The notes: a model not told the origin generated them from the sequence alone. A DNA stretch of 63,413 nt, filler included, from 7 parts of 7 records of this genome joined end to end with filler, not necessarily neighbours in it; one strand, 5' to 3'. Positions 22,485-32,949 are shown, counted from the first letter of the whole stretch. Program-made: numbers and translations.

Positions 22485-24173
22485 ATGCAGGCGAGCGCAA
22501 CGCGCCCGGGTTTCATTGATCTTTTCACACCAAAACTGCTGACCGTGCTGCGCGAGGGCTACGGCCTCGACGCGTTCAGGGCCGACATTGTTGCAGCCTT
22601 GACGGTCGCGATCATCGCACTGCCCCTGTCCATGGCCATCGCCATTGCGTCTGGCGTGGGACCGGAGCGCGGGCTTTACACCGCCATCGTGGGAGGGTTT
22701 CTGGTCTCCGCCCTCGGCGGCAGCCGGTTCCAGATCGGCGGGCCGGCGGGGGCCTTCATCATTCTCGTATTCGCAACGGTTCAGGCGCACGGCATGGACG
22801 GGCTGATCCTCGCCACTTTTCTGTCGGGCTTCATCCTGCTTGCCATCGGTCTCTTGAGGCTCGGCACCTTCATCAAGTATGTGCCCTATCCCGTCACCGT
22901 GGGTTTCACCTCCGGCATCGCCGTGATCATCCTCACGAGCCAGCTCAAGGATTTCTTTGGATTGACGCTGACGGGTGCGGAGCCCGGACCTTTCATCCCC
23001 AAACTGCAGGCGCTGGCGGAGGCCGCCCCGACGGTGAACGCCTCAGCACTTTTGCTGGCGCTTGGCTCGGTGGCGGTGATCATCGGGCTGCGCCGCTGGC
23101 GGCCGCACTGGCCGGGCTTTCTGATCGCCGTGGTAGCGGCCACGCTTGTCGCCTGGGTGTTTGGCCTGCCGGTGGAAACCATCGGGACAAGGTTCGGCGG
23201 CATTCCAAAAATGCTGCCTGCCCCACACCTGCCCGACCTGAGCACCGAGAAGATCATTGCCGTTCTGCCCGCCGCACTTTCGTTTGCGCTTCTGGGTGGC
23301 ATCGAGAGCCTGCTTTCAGCGGTGGTGGCCGATTCCATGACGGGCCGCAGGCATCGCTCCAACAGTGAGTTGGTGGCGCAGGGGGCAGCCAATATCGGTT
23401 CGGCGCTGTTTGGAGGTTTCTGCGTGACCGGAACCATCGCGCGCACGGCGGCCAATGTGCGGGCTGGCGCACGCGGCCCTGTTTCGGGCATGCTGCATTC
23501 GCTGTTTCTTCTGGCGTTCATGCTGGTGGCTGCGCCGCTGGCACGCTTCATCCCGCTTTCGGCCCTTGCCGCCATACTGGCCGTGGTGGCCTGGAATATG
23601 GCGGAGAAGCACCAGTTCGCCGCCCTGCTACGCTCCTCATGGGGCGATGCAATCGTGCTTCTGGTGACGTTCCTGCTTGTGGTGTTCCGCGACCTGACGG
23701 AGGGCATCCTGGTGGGCTTCGGTCTCGGCGCGCTGCTCTTTCTGCACCGCATGTCGGAAGCGGTGCGCGTGGAGCATGGCGTTTCATCGCTGACCGACCA
23801 GCCAGACAGCGGCGAAGGCCCCTATTCGGCGGCGAACGCGACGGATGACGATGTGGTTGTCTACCGCATTGCCGGCGCATTCTTCTTCGGGGCGGCGGCT
23901 ACGGTGGGAGCGGCGCTCGACCGGATCGGCAGTCAACCGAAAGCCTTTGTCATCGACATCAGCTCGGTAAGCCTTCTCGATTCCACAGCGGCTGCAACCA
24001 TTGAAGGTTTCGTGCGCAAGGCGCGCCAGCAGGGAACCAATGTCTATCTCGTGGGGGCGAGCCAGCCGGTGCGCAAATTGCTGCGCACCCATGGGATGCG
24101 GCCACCCGCACTCCGGTTCTACAGCCGGCTGGACGACGCCATCGCCGCCGCAAGGCGGGATGCGTCCGGATAG
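22485..24173 (+). CDS. SulP/SLC26 anion transporter with STAS domain
   Basis: GLYTAIVGG, QIGGPAGAF, NSELVAQG, C-terminal STAS (FFGAA, LDST). Confidence 0.93.
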   Translation: MQASATRPGFIDLFTPKLLTVLREGYGLDAFRADIVAALTVAIIALPLSMAIAIASGVGPERGLYTAIVGGFLVSALGGSRFQIGGPAGAFIILVFATVQAHGMDGLILATFLSGFILLAIGLLRLGTFIKYVPYPVTVGFTSGIAVIILTSQLKDFFGLTLTGAEPGPFIPKLQALAEAAPTVNASALLLALGSVAVIIGLRRWRPHWPGFLIAVVAATLVAWVFGLPVETIGTRFGGIPKMLPAPHLPDLSTEKIIAVLPAALSFALLGGIESLLSAVVADSMTGRRHRSNSELVAQGAANIGSALFGGFCVTGTIARTAANVRAGARGPVSGMLHSLFLLAFMLVAAPLARFIPLSALAAILAVVAWNMAEKHQFAALLRSSWGDAIVLLVTFLLVVFRDLTEGILVGFGLGALLFLHRMSEAVRVEHGVSSLTDQPDSGEGPYSAANATDDDVVVYRIAGAFFFGAAATVGAALDRIGSQPKAFVIDISSVSLLDSTAAATIEGFVRKARQQGTNVYLVGASQPVRKLLRTHGMRPPALRFYSRLDDAIAAARRDASG

Positions 24174-24174
24174 C

Positions 24175-24822
24175 TCACTTCGTAGGCTCTTCCAGCGAGT
24201 GCTTCATGATGAGTGGCATCTGGCTCATCGTGAAGAGAATGGTGATCGGCATGATGCCCCACACCTTGAAGGCGACCCAGGTGTCGGTGGAGAACATCCG
24301 CCACACCACCTCGTTGACCACCGCCAGAAAGATGAAAAACAGACCCCAGCGAAGTGTAAGCTTGCGCCAGCCTTCCGCATCCAGCTTGAAGGCGGAATCG
24401 AACACATAGCCGAGCAGCGACTTGCCGAAGGCGAGACCGCCCAGAAGCACCACGCCGAACAGCGTGTTGACGATGGTCGGCTTCATCTTGATGAAGATTT
24501 CGCTGTGCAGGTAGAGTGTCAGCGCACCGAACACGAACACCACCACACCCGAGACAAGCGGCATGATGGGCAGTGTGCGGGTGAGAATCCATGACGCTGT
24601 CAGCGCGATGGCCGTGGCGGCCATGAAAAGCGCGGTTGCCACGAAAAGCGGCCCGCCCAGCTCCCCAAGAGCAGGAAAGCGCCCAGCCAGCCACTCGCCG
24701 CGCGAGTTGGCGAAGAAGAACACCATGAGCGGCCCCAGCTCCAGCGCCAGCTTTAAGAGCGGGTTGATCTCCTTGCGCCTGGGATCGGCGGGATCGCGTT
24801 CGAAGACGGGTTTTTCGCTCAC
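24175..24822 (-). CDS. yciB: Inner membrane protein YciB/IspZ
   Basis: [36 protein letters not shown]. Confidence 0.92.
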   Translation of the reverse strand: MSEKPVFERDPADPRRKEINPLLKLALELGPLMVFFFANSRGEWLAGRFPALGELGGPLFVATALFMAATAIALTASWILTRTLPIMPLVSGVVVFVFGALTLYLHSEIFIKMKPTIVNTLFGVVLLGGLAFGKSLLGYVFDSAFKLDAEGWRKLTLRWGLFFIFLAVVNEVVWRMFSTDTWVAFKVWGIMPITILFTMSQMPLIMKHSLEEPTK

Positions 24823-24824
24823 GC

Positions 24825-24981
24825 TTACTGAACTCCTGCAATCGCCTTGGCGAAATCACTCGCCGAGAAGGGTTCGAGATCGTCGACCTGCTCGCCGACG
24901 CCGATGAAATAGACCGGCAGCTTGTGCTTGGCGGCGATGGAAACAAGGATACCGCCGCGCGCCGTGCCGTCGAGCTTGGTC
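24825..24981 (-). CDS. ftsY: SRP receptor FtsY, C-terminal fragment
   Basis: Reads [51 protein letters not shown]. Confidence 0.93.
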
Positions 24982-25081
24982 NNNNNNNNNNNNNNNNNNN
25001 NNNNNNNNNNNNNNNNNNNNNNNNNTTAATTAATTAANNNNNNNNNNNNNNNNNNNNNNNNNNNNNNNNNNNNNNNNNNNN
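24982..25081. other. Artificial contig linker
   Basis: N-run + TTAATTAATTAA + N-run. Confidence 0.98.
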
Positions 25082-25618
25082 GGGGCTGCCCCGCTGTCGG
25101 CTGTTTTGCCGCAATGGGTCAAAGGTTCGGTCATTCTGGGTGACTTCCTGTTTTCTAAATATCGCCTTTTGATGTTGCTGGTCGTGGCCCTGATCCTTAC
25201 GGGTCTTTGGTTCCTGATGCACCGCACGTCATTTGGTCGTGTGGTCCGTGCGGGGATTGAACAACCTGACATGGTTGCCGCATTGGGCATTCGCCTTCAG
25301 CCCTATATGACGGCTGTTGTCATGCTTGGTGTCGGGCTTGCCGCCCTTGGGGGTGCTTTGTTCGCACCGATCACGATGGTCCATCCGGCCATGGGGGCGG
25401 AAATTATCACAATCGCATTTGTCGTGGTGGTCATCGGCGGTCTTGGCAGCTTTTGGGGTGTCATTGTTGCAGCCTTGCTGGTTGGGGTTTTGCGCGGGGT
25501 CACCGTGCATTTCATCCCTGCTGCGTCCGAGGCATCGATGTATGTGCTGATGCTGCTTGTCTTGTTGCTGCGCCCGCGTGGGTTGCTCGGCGAGGCGATC
25601 CAGAAATTTGAGCGGTAA
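25082..25618 (+). CDS. HAAT (Liv-type) ABC permease LivH-like, 5' truncated
   Basis: RTSFGRVVRA, AFVVVVIGGLGS, RPRGLLG; frame open to the contig start. Confidence 0.9.
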   Translation, partial: GAAPLSAVLPQWVKGSVILGDFLFSKYRLLMLLVVALILTGLWFLMHRTSFGRVVRAGIEQPDMVAALGIRLQPYMTAVVMLGVGLAALGGALFAPITMVHPAMGAEIITIAFVVVVIGGLGSFWGVIVAALLVGVLRGVTVHFIPAASEASMYVLMLLVLLLRPRGLLGEAIQKFER

Positions 25619-28152
25619 TGATAAAAATGATGTTGAAATCACGTACATTGCTGATCGGGTTTGCTGCCCTGGTCATTCTTCCGATAGTTTTGCCAATGAT
25701 CGGGTTGACGCTTAGTGCGGCGACCATGGTTGTTGCACTTGCCATTGCTGCCCTCGGCCTGAATATGATGATGGGCTATACTGGGCTTGTCTCATTTGGG
25801 CATGCCGCCTGGTTCGGGATTGGTGCCTATGCTGCGGCATTGGCACAACGCTATTGGTTTAACGATCAGATCATTCTGCCATTGTTGTTCGGGATGGTTT
25901 TCGTCGGGGTCTTGTCAGCCGTTATTGGCGCATTGATGTTGCGTCGTCGCGGGGTCTATTTCGCCCTGATGACCTTGGCCTTGTCGGCTTTGACTTTCTC
26001 TATCGCGTTCCGCTGGACCGAAGTGACCGGTGGCGAGGACGGGTTGGGTGGCCTGCAGCGTGGTATGGTTGGGCCGGTCAATCTTGATGACAATCTAAAC
26101 TATTATATCTTCGTCGCCGTGATCGGGTTTGCAACGCTTTGCTTTTTGCTGCGCGTCGTGCAATCGCCGTTTGGCCATGTGTTGGTTGCCATTCGTGAAA
26201 ATCAACAACGTGCATCTTTCCAAGGTTATGACGTCCAGCGTTACAAGCTTGCTGTGTTTGTTCTGTCATCGGTCGTAACGGCCTTGGCGGGCGGGTTGTC
26301 CGGGTTCCAGCATTACATTGTGACGGCTGAATCTACCTCGATCGAAATGTCGGGGGAATTGTTGGCGATGGTCGTAATTGGCGGCATGCATGCCAATATT
26401 CTTGGTCCGGCCGTTGGCGTTATCTTCTATGTTCTGTTCCGCGAACTGTTTTCAGCGTGGAGTTCGGACTGGCTGTTCTGGTTCGGCCTGACCTTTGTTG
26501 CATTCATTATGTATCTGCCCGGCGGCCTTGTTGGCTTGGGTGAGAAACTTCTGCGTTATTGGCGGCCGCTACCGGAAGAAACAGCTGCGATGAGCCGGCG
26601 CAAAATTTACGAAGGATTGACCCTTCCGCAATATCTGCGTCCCAAACCGGCAAGTGACATTGTTCTAGATGTTGAGGGTATTTCGAAAAACTTCGGTGGG
26701 ATCAAGGCTGTTCAGAATGTCAGTCTGAAAGTGCGCCCCCGCGAAATTCACGCACTTATCGGACCAAATGGGGCGGGGAAGACGACCCTGTTTAATCTGG
26801 TGTCGGGGCAACATGCCCAGACCGCAGGTAAGGTTACCTTGCTGGGACAGGAAATTCAGGGCAAAGACCCGTCCGCAATTTGTCATTCCGGTTTGGCGCG
26901 GTCTTTCCAGATCACCAATCTGTTCGAAGGTCTGACGATTGAAGAAAACCTGCGCTTGTCAGCACAGGCAAAGCATAGCGCACGGTTTAACTTCTGGCGC
27001 AATATCGATGAATTTGACGATATCAATGCCGAAACGGCAGAGCTTCTCAAATTCCTTGGCCTTGAAGGGATCGAAGATATCCGGGCAGGGGACTTGTCCT
27101 ATGGCGGGCAGCGGCTGGTTGATCTTGGCATTGCTTTGGCAAGTCGTCCGCAGATCTTGCTTTTGGATGAGCCGCTTGCAGGTTTGTCCGCAGCCGAGCG
27201 GGAACGTGTTGGTCGTCTGATCCAGACCATGGCGGAAAATATTCCGATCCTGATTGTTGAACATGACATTGACCGTATTCTTGGTTTTGCTGATGAAGTC
27301 ACGGTGATGAATGATGGCCAACGCCTTGTCACGGCAAAGCCTGCTGATATCCGTGCCAATGAACATGTTCAGGAGATTTACACCGGGTCTGGTGCAGCAG
27401 CAATTGCGGCAATGAAAACGTCGTTTGCAGCGCGACCAGGAACGGTGTTGAAAGTCACGGACATCAATACCTTCTATGGCAAAAGTCACATCCTTAACGA
27501 TGCCTGCCTTGAGATTGGGCATAGTGAAATTGTTGCCCTTCTGGGCCGCAATGGCGCGGGCAAATCAACATTCCTAAAAACCATCAGCGGTCTGGTGCCG
27601 GCAAAATCTGGTTCGATTGACTTTGAAGGTCAGGAACTTGTCGGCGTTGAGCCCCATTTGGTCGCCCGCATGGGCGTTGGCTATGTCCCGCAGGGGCGGG
27701 GTCTTTTTGCCGGGATGACGGTTGAGGAAAATCTGGCACTGGGCAGGCTTGCCCGCGAGACCGATGGCGAAAACGGCACGGTCTGGACGCTAGAGAAAAT
27801 CTACGAAATTTTCCCGCGCTTAAAAGAACGCCGGACCAGCCATGCTGATTACCTTTCTGGTGGTGAACAGCAGATGCTGGCTATTGCCCGTGCGCTTTCG
27901 GGCAATGTCCGATTGCTTCTGCTTGATGAGCCGTTCGAAGGATTGGCCCCGACAGTGGTTGAGGAACTTTTCCTTGTGCTCGACAAGCTGCGTGAACATC
28001 TGCCGATCCTGATTGTCGAGCATAACCTTGATCTTGTGCTTGCCCTGGCAGATCGGGTTTTTGCGCTTGAAAACGGGGCAGTATTCCATGAATGCACGGC
28101 TGAAAAGCTGCTGAATGATCTCGATTACCGCAAAGAAGTTCTGTGGTTGTAA
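25618..28152 (+). CDS. Fused LivM-like permease + LivG-like + LivF-like ATPases
   Basis: 844 aa: GYTGLVSFGHAA/RENQQRA permease, then GPNGAGKTT...LSYGG...DEP, then GRNGAGKST...LSGGEQQ...DEP. Confidence 0.9.
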   Translation: MIKMMLKSRTLLIGFAALVILPIVLPMIGLTLSAATMVVALAIAALGLNMMMGYTGLVSFGHAAWFGIGAYAAALAQRYWFNDQIILPLLFGMVFVGVLSAVIGALMLRRRGVYFALMTLALSALTFSIAFRWTEVTGGEDGLGGLQRGMVGPVNLDDNLNYYIFVAVIGFATLCFLLRVVQSPFGHVLVAIRENQQRASFQGYDVQRYKLAVFVLSSVVTALAGGLSGFQHYIVTAESTSIEMSGELLAMVVIGGMHANILGPAVGVIFYVLFRELFSAWSSDWLFWFGLTFVAFIMYLPGGLVGLGEKLLRYWRPLPEETAAMSRRKIYEGLTLPQYLRPKPASDIVLDVEGISKNFGGIKAVQNVSLKVRPREIHALIGPNGAGKTTLFNLVSGQHAQTAGKVTLLGQEIQGKDPSAICHSGLARSFQITNLFEGLTIEENLRLSAQAKHSARFNFWRNIDEFDDINAETAELLKFLGLEGIEDIRAGDLSYGGQRLVDLGIALASRPQILLLDEPLAGLSAAERERVGRLIQTMAENIPILIVEHDIDRILGFADEVTVMNDGQRLVTAKPADIRANEHVQEIYTGSGAAAIAAMKTSFAARPGTVLKVTDINTFYGKSHILNDACLEIGHSEIVALLGRNGAGKSTFLKTISGLVPAKSGSIDFEGQELVGVEPHLVARMGVGYVPQGRGLFAGMTVEENLALGRLARETDGENGTVWTLEKIYEIFPRLKERRTSHADYLSGGEQQMLAIARALSGNVRLLLLDEPFEGLAPTVVEELFLVLDKLREHLPILIVEHNLDLVLALADRVFALENGAVFHECTAEKLLNDLDYRKEVLWL

Positions 28153-28172
28153 TGATGAGGAAGGAAAAGAAA

Positions 28173-29630
28173 TTGAGCACAATAAATGCCAATAGTGCTG
28201 CGACCAGCTCATCGGAAACGTGCCACTTGTTGATCAATGGCGAATGGGTTGAAGGTGCGGCTGAAACGGTGACGGTTCTGGATAAATATTCCCAAGAACC
28301 AATTGCTGTTGCTGCCTCTGCATCTGATGACCAGATCGCGGTAATGATAGATGCTGCGCATGCTGCCTTTAAGCGTGGCGCACCGGACAATTACGAACGG
28401 GGATCGATCCTTGAACGTGCGGCCGTGCTGATCGAAGAAAACCGCGAAGACCTTGCCAAAACCATTCAGGCCGAAGCAGGCTTCACCCGATCAGATGCCA
28501 ATGGCGAAATTTCTAGATGTCTGCAAACGCTGCGTTTATCCGCCGAAGAAGCGCGCCGTCTTAGCGGGGATGTTGTCCCCATCGCAGGCGCACCGGGGCA
28601 ATCACATCGTATGGCGTTCACGCTTCGTGTGCCATTGGGCGTGGTTTTGGCGGTAACCCCGTTTAATTCGCCGCTCAATACCGTCATGCATAAGGTCGCA
28701 CCGGCCTTGGCGGCGGGCAATGCCGTTATTGTTAAACCATCAAGCAATACCCCGATTACAACCTGCAAAATGGCAAAAATACTGTTGCAGGCCGGTTTGC
28801 CTAAGGGGCTTTTGTCTGTTCTGCATGGCGGGGGGCGCGTGGTTAGCAAGGCAATGGAAGATCAACGTGTTCGCTTCATCGCCTTTACCGGCAGTACTGA
28901 AGTGGGACGAGCCATTCAGTCAAAGGCGGATTTGCGTCGAACCCAGATGGAACTGGGATCGATCGCCTTTACCATTATTAATGACGATGCTGATCTTGAT
29001 ATGGCTTTGCCCAAGGTCGTTTCGGCTGGTTTCAGAAAAGCGGGACAGGTTTGCACATCGGTTCAGATGCTGCTGGTGCAGAGGTCTGTTTATGACAACG
29101 TCGTTGCGAAGATGACCGACCTTGTCAAAGCAGTTCCGTTTGGCGATCCGGGTAATGAAACCACGGTGACGGGGCCGCTGATTACAATTGATGCCGCCAT
29201 TCGGGTTGAAGAATGGATCAAGGAAGCGGTCGCCAAAGGTGCCCGCCAATTGGTCGGCGGTCCGCGCGAAGGTGCGGTTGTTCCGCCAACATTACTGGTG
29301 GATGTATCAGCAGACATGCGGGTCGGATGTCAGGAAGTCTTTGGTCCGGTTGTCTCTATCATTCCGTTTGATGCCATGGATGAAGCATTTGATCGGGTGA
29401 ATTCAACGCCGTATGGGCTGGCCAGTGGCATTTTCACCAACAGAATGTCGGATGCCTTTGCCGCCGTTCGCCGCCTTGAAGTGGGTGGTGTACATGTCAA
29501 TGAAACATCAAGCTCGCGTGTTGATCTGATGCCTTATGGCGGCTCGAAAGACAGTGGCTTTGGCCGCGAAGGACCGCATTACGCCATCCATGAACTGACC
29601 GAAGAACGGGTTGTCTCAATTACGGCGTGA
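28173..29630 (+). CDS. NAD(P)-dependent aldehyde dehydrogenase
   Basis: TPFNSP, FTGSTEVG, MELG, catalytic GQVC, EVFGPV, PYGGSKDSG; exact start uncertain. Confidence 0.93.
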   Translation: MSTINANSAATSSSETCHLLINGEWVEGAAETVTVLDKYSQEPIAVAASASDDQIAVMIDAAHAAFKRGAPDNYERGSILERAAVLIEENREDLAKTIQAEAGFTRSDANGEISRCLQTLRLSAEEARRLSGDVVPIAGAPGQSHRMAFTLRVPLGVVLAVTPFNSPLNTVMHKVAPALAAGNAVIVKPSSNTPITTCKMAKILLQAGLPKGLLSVLHGGGRVVSKAMEDQRVRFIAFTGSTEVGRAIQSKADLRRTQMELGSIAFTIINDDADLDMALPKVVSAGFRKAGQVCTSVQMLLVQRSVYDNVVAKMTDLVKAVPFGDPGNETTVTGPLITIDAAIRVEEWIKEAVAKGARQLVGGPREGAVVPPTLLVDVSADMRVGCQEVFGPVVSIIPFDAMDEAFDRVNSTPYGLASGIFTNRMSDAFAAVRRLEVGGVHVNETSSSRVDLMPYGGSKDSGFGREGPHYAIHELTEERVVSITA

Positions 29631-29676
29631 TCGGCTCTTTGATCACTTAGAATTTCATTGGAAACGGAAGCTTACC

Positions 29677-30399
29677 ATGACGAAGAAAACAGCACTTGTA
29701 TTTGGCGGGTCGCGTGGCATTGGTGCCGCAATTGTCGAAGCATTGGCACGTGACGGATATGACGTCGCACTGACCTATGTCAGCAGCAAGCCAGACCCGA
29801 TGCCCGCCCCGGCAGGCGCAACGGTTAAAGCCTATCAGGTTGACATTCGTGATCCGAAATCGGTGGCGAATGTGTTTGGGAAAGTATCATCTGACTTTGG
29901 TGGTGCACCAAGCTGTGTTGTTGCCAATGCGGGGATCAATGTCCCACCGGGGCCGCTAGGTCAGTTTGATGACGAAAAGTTCCGTGATCTGGTCGAAGTC
30001 AATATTGTCGGGGCCTATAACATCCTGAAAGGTGCCGCTGCCAATGTTGCCGATGGTGGTACGATCATTGGATTGACGACGTCGCTTGTTCGGTTCGCTG
30101 CACCGGGTCTTGGCCCATACAGTGCAACCAAGGCAGCGGTTGAATGCCTGCTGCGTTCCATGCAAAAGGAACTGGCAGGGCGCGGTATACGGGTAAATGG
30201 TGTGGCTCCAGGGCCGGTTGATACCGACTTGTTCCGGTCGGGCAAGGACGAAGCTGCGGTTCAACGTTCAGCTGGCATGAGCCCGTTTAACCGGGTTGGT
30301 GATCCAAAAGAAATTGGGGAAGTTGTTGCCTTCCTTGCATCGGAAAAATCATCGTGGATTGCGGGCCAGATTGTGCAGCCAAATGGCGGTCTGGTCTGA
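29677..30399 (+). CDS. Short-chain dehydrogenase/reductase
   Basis: GGSRGIG, ANAG, YSATK, VNGVAPG. Confidence 0.93.
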   Translation: MTKKTALVFGGSRGIGAAIVEALARDGYDVALTYVSSKPDPMPAPAGATVKAYQVDIRDPKSVANVFGKVSSDFGGAPSCVVANAGINVPPGPLGQFDDEKFRDLVEVNIVGAYNILKGAAANVADGGTIIGLTTSLVRFAAPGLGPYSATKAAVECLLRSMQKELAGRGIRVNGVAPGPVDTDLFRSGKDEAAVQRSAGMSPFNRVGDPKEIGEVVAFLASEKSSWIAGQIVQPNGGLV

Positions 30400-30438
30400 G
30401 TTCTTGTCCCTGATTTCGGGGACAAAACTATGATGAAA

Positions 30439-30477
30439 GCGGGCGGCCCTCTTCCCCACAGGCTGCCCGTTTTTTTA
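30439..30477 (+). terminator. Rho-independent terminator
   Basis: GCGGGCGGCC...GGCTGCCCGT stem followed by a T-tract. Confidence 0.8.
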
Positions 30478-30954
30478 TGACCAAATTCGTCATAGTATTC
30501 TGAAAACTTATCACGTGCCAAGCGCGGGAATATGTCGTCGGTCTTTACTGAGATGTTATCGCGTCTTCTGTGTGATGGTTGGTGATAAACACCAGATATA
30601 TGCCGATTTTACCCCCATATATCTCATCAAAATCAGCGTAAGAGTGTCGGAAAAATGGTGAGAATCATCTACAGATGGAATACTTGTTTTGTTATTCTGC
30701 AACCATGCTTAATTAAAAAATCGTCCTCATTCTGCAGTTTTATGATGGAACTCAGAAAGATTGATGCATTTTTGTAATTATTTTCTGAGACGAATTTCAA
30801 TATAATCATTATATAACAAATAGTTATGTCGTTATATAAGTTGTGATTATATCTCTATCATTATTTCATGTTTCCCTGTGTTGTTCTTGGTCCTGTAGCG
30901 TGCACTGATCCAAAAAAGGGTGATCAGAATTCACCCGAAAATTGATCAGGGAAA

Positions 30955-31878
30955 ATGACGGTGTCCAAGGAAAAATCGCTGCACATTTATTGTGTCACGA
31001 AGAACGGAACTAACCCGGCATATGAAGGTGCGCGTATTGGCGTGCGTCGGGTCTTAGAAGAAGCTGGTTGTGCGATTACCAGCGTTTTTCCACAATCGCC
31101 TGATGATCCGGTCGAACAGGCTGCCTTGGTCGAGCAGGCCCTGTTGCAGAAGCCAGATGTGGTTTTGCTTGCACCGGCTCACCCCAGCCATCTCGATCCA
31201 CAAATCATCAAACTTCAGGAAGCCGGCATTCCAGTCGTTTCATTTGTCAGTCGCTCAAAGGCGATGGCGCCAAAATGCTTTGTGACGTCGGACAATTATG
31301 CGTTGGCCTATGAAATCACCAACTTCTTGCTCGCCCATCTTGGCGGGCGGGGGCGGCTGATCATTATGGAAGGCAACCCCAATTCTGAAACCAGTGCGCC
31401 ACGTACAAACGGGTTTGAAGATGCGATTGCCGCCAATCCAAGTGCGTCAATCGTTACGCGTGGGATTGGGAATTATCAGCGTGCAGATGCATACGCAGAA
31501 ATGGTCAAAATTCTTGCGGCGCAGCCGGAATTTGACGGGGTTTTGGTTGCCAATGACTTCATGGCGTTGGGCGTGATTCAGGCGCTTGAAGAAGCCGGGC
31601 ATAAAGTCCCTGTTGTCAGCGTGAATGCCATGCCAGATGCAATAGCCGCGTTAAAGAAGGGGACGTTGCTTGCAACGGCTGCCTTTGACGCGATGAAGAT
31701 AGCCTGTGCTTCGGCCCAGGCTGCTATTCGGATCGTACGCAATGAACAGGTGCCAGTCGAGATCAGTCTGCCGGTTTCAATTGTGACAGCAGAAAACTGT
31801 GCGGAGTACGACCGACCATACGAAGAACGGGCCCTGCCCACGTGGGAGTCCGCAGCAGGCGGATCAATCAACGCCTGA
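30955..31878 (+). CDS. RbsB-like sugar-binding-fold protein lacking a signal peptide
   Basis: AGIPVV, SDNY, RTNGF, ANDFMALG type I periplasmic binding protein motifs; in-frame TGA at 30943 excludes an N-terminal extension. Confidence 0.8.
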   Translation: MTVSKEKSLHIYCVTKNGTNPAYEGARIGVRRVLEEAGCAITSVFPQSPDDPVEQAALVEQALLQKPDVVLLAPAHPSHLDPQIIKLQEAGIPVVSFVSRSKAMAPKCFVTSDNYALAYEITNFLLAHLGGRGRLIIMEGNPNSETSAPRTNGFEDAIAANPSASIVTRGIGNYQRADAYAEMVKILAAQPEFDGVLVANDFMALGVIQALEEAGHKVPVVSVNAMPDAIAALKKGTLLATAAFDAMKIACASAQAAIRIVRNEQVPVEISLPVSIVTAENCAEYDRPYEERALPTWESAAGGSINA

Positions 31879-31910
31879 TTATCACATCGTTCTGAGGGAG
31901 GACAAATCCA

Positions 31911-32924
31911 ATGAAATTGAAAAGCAAGCTTCTTGCCTTGATACTTGGTGTCTCGGTCATGGGGGCCGCATCGGCACAGGCTGAAACCCGTGATTATCTT
32001 TTATCAACAGCTGGAACCGGTGGCTCGTTCTATCCAGTCGGGGTTGGCATTGCGACCTTGGTTAAGCTTAAGCTTGGCACGCGTCCGGAAAATTCGATCA
32101 ATCTGTCGGCAATTACGTCTCAGGGATCCTATGACAACGTCAATATCTTGTCTGACGAACGTGCTGACCTTGGCGTGATCCAATCGTTGATGACTGATTT
32201 TGGGTATTACGGAACCGGTGATTTTGAAGGTACACCCAAGAAAAGCCTGCGTGCGGTTACTGCATTAATGTTTAACACCAAGCAGTTCATTGCTCTCAAG
32301 GAGCTGGCACCAACCGGAACCATGGATGATCTTTTGGCATACAAAGGCAAAAAGGTCGTCTTGGGAGCGCGTAACTCGGGCGGGCTTTTGTCGTTCCAGA
32401 TGTTCATGCGTAAAATCGGCGTTGAAGACCCCGAACAGTTCGTTGATCAAAGCTATATGGGTTTCCGGCAGCGTGCAGAAGCCCTGATCAATGGCAATCT
32501 TGATGGGATTAACCTGACATCAGGCGTCCCAAATTCCAGTGCGACGCTTGCGATGGCTTCGATGGAAGGCGAGGTCACGATGCTGAGCTTTACGCCCGAA
32601 ATGCGGGCGAAAGTAACCGATGGCACCGTTTGGGGGCCTTACACTATTCCAGCCAATACCTATCCAGGGCAGCCTGATCCGATTGAAACAGTTGCACAGC
32701 CGAACCTTTTGGTGGCGGGTGCGCATGTACCAGATGACGTGATCTACGAGATCACCAAGGTCATGTATGAAAATCTTCCGTTTCTTAAAAGTGTTCATGG
32801 TTCGCTTAAGGACATGAACATTGAGACAGCACTTAAGGGCATTACCGTGCCGCTTCACCCCGGTGCGGTTAAATACTACCGCGAAGTAGGAATAGAAATT
32901 CCGGCCAAACTTATTGCCGAATAA
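31911..32924 (+). CDS. TAXI-family TRAP solute-binding protein
   Basis: Signal peptide (ASAQA), TAGTGGSFYPVG, GSYDNV, PLHPGAVKYYRE. Confidence 0.93.
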   Translation: MKLKSKLLALILGVSVMGAASAQAETRDYLLSTAGTGGSFYPVGVGIATLVKLKLGTRPENSINLSAITSQGSYDNVNILSDERADLGVIQSLMTDFGYYGTGDFEGTPKKSLRAVTALMFNTKQFIALKELAPTGTMDDLLAYKGKKVVLGARNSGGLLSFQMFMRKIGVEDPEQFVDQSYMGFRQRAEALINGNLDGINLTSGVPNSSATLAMASMEGEVTMLSFTPEMRAKVTDGTVWGPYTIPANTYPGQPDPIETVAQPNLLVAGAHVPDDVIYEITKVMYENLPFLKSVHGSLKDMNIETALKGITVPLHPGAVKYYREVGIEIPAKLIAE

Positions 32925-32949
32925 TCAAGACCGGAAGTGACTTACGGAT

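Noticed and set aside
30709-30716. TTAATTAA resembling the linker
   Set aside because: A single 8-mer without N flanks in an AT-rich intergenic region
30886-30904. Sigma54 promoter TTGG...TGCA
   Set aside because: GG-to-GC spacing is 11 nt instead of the required 10
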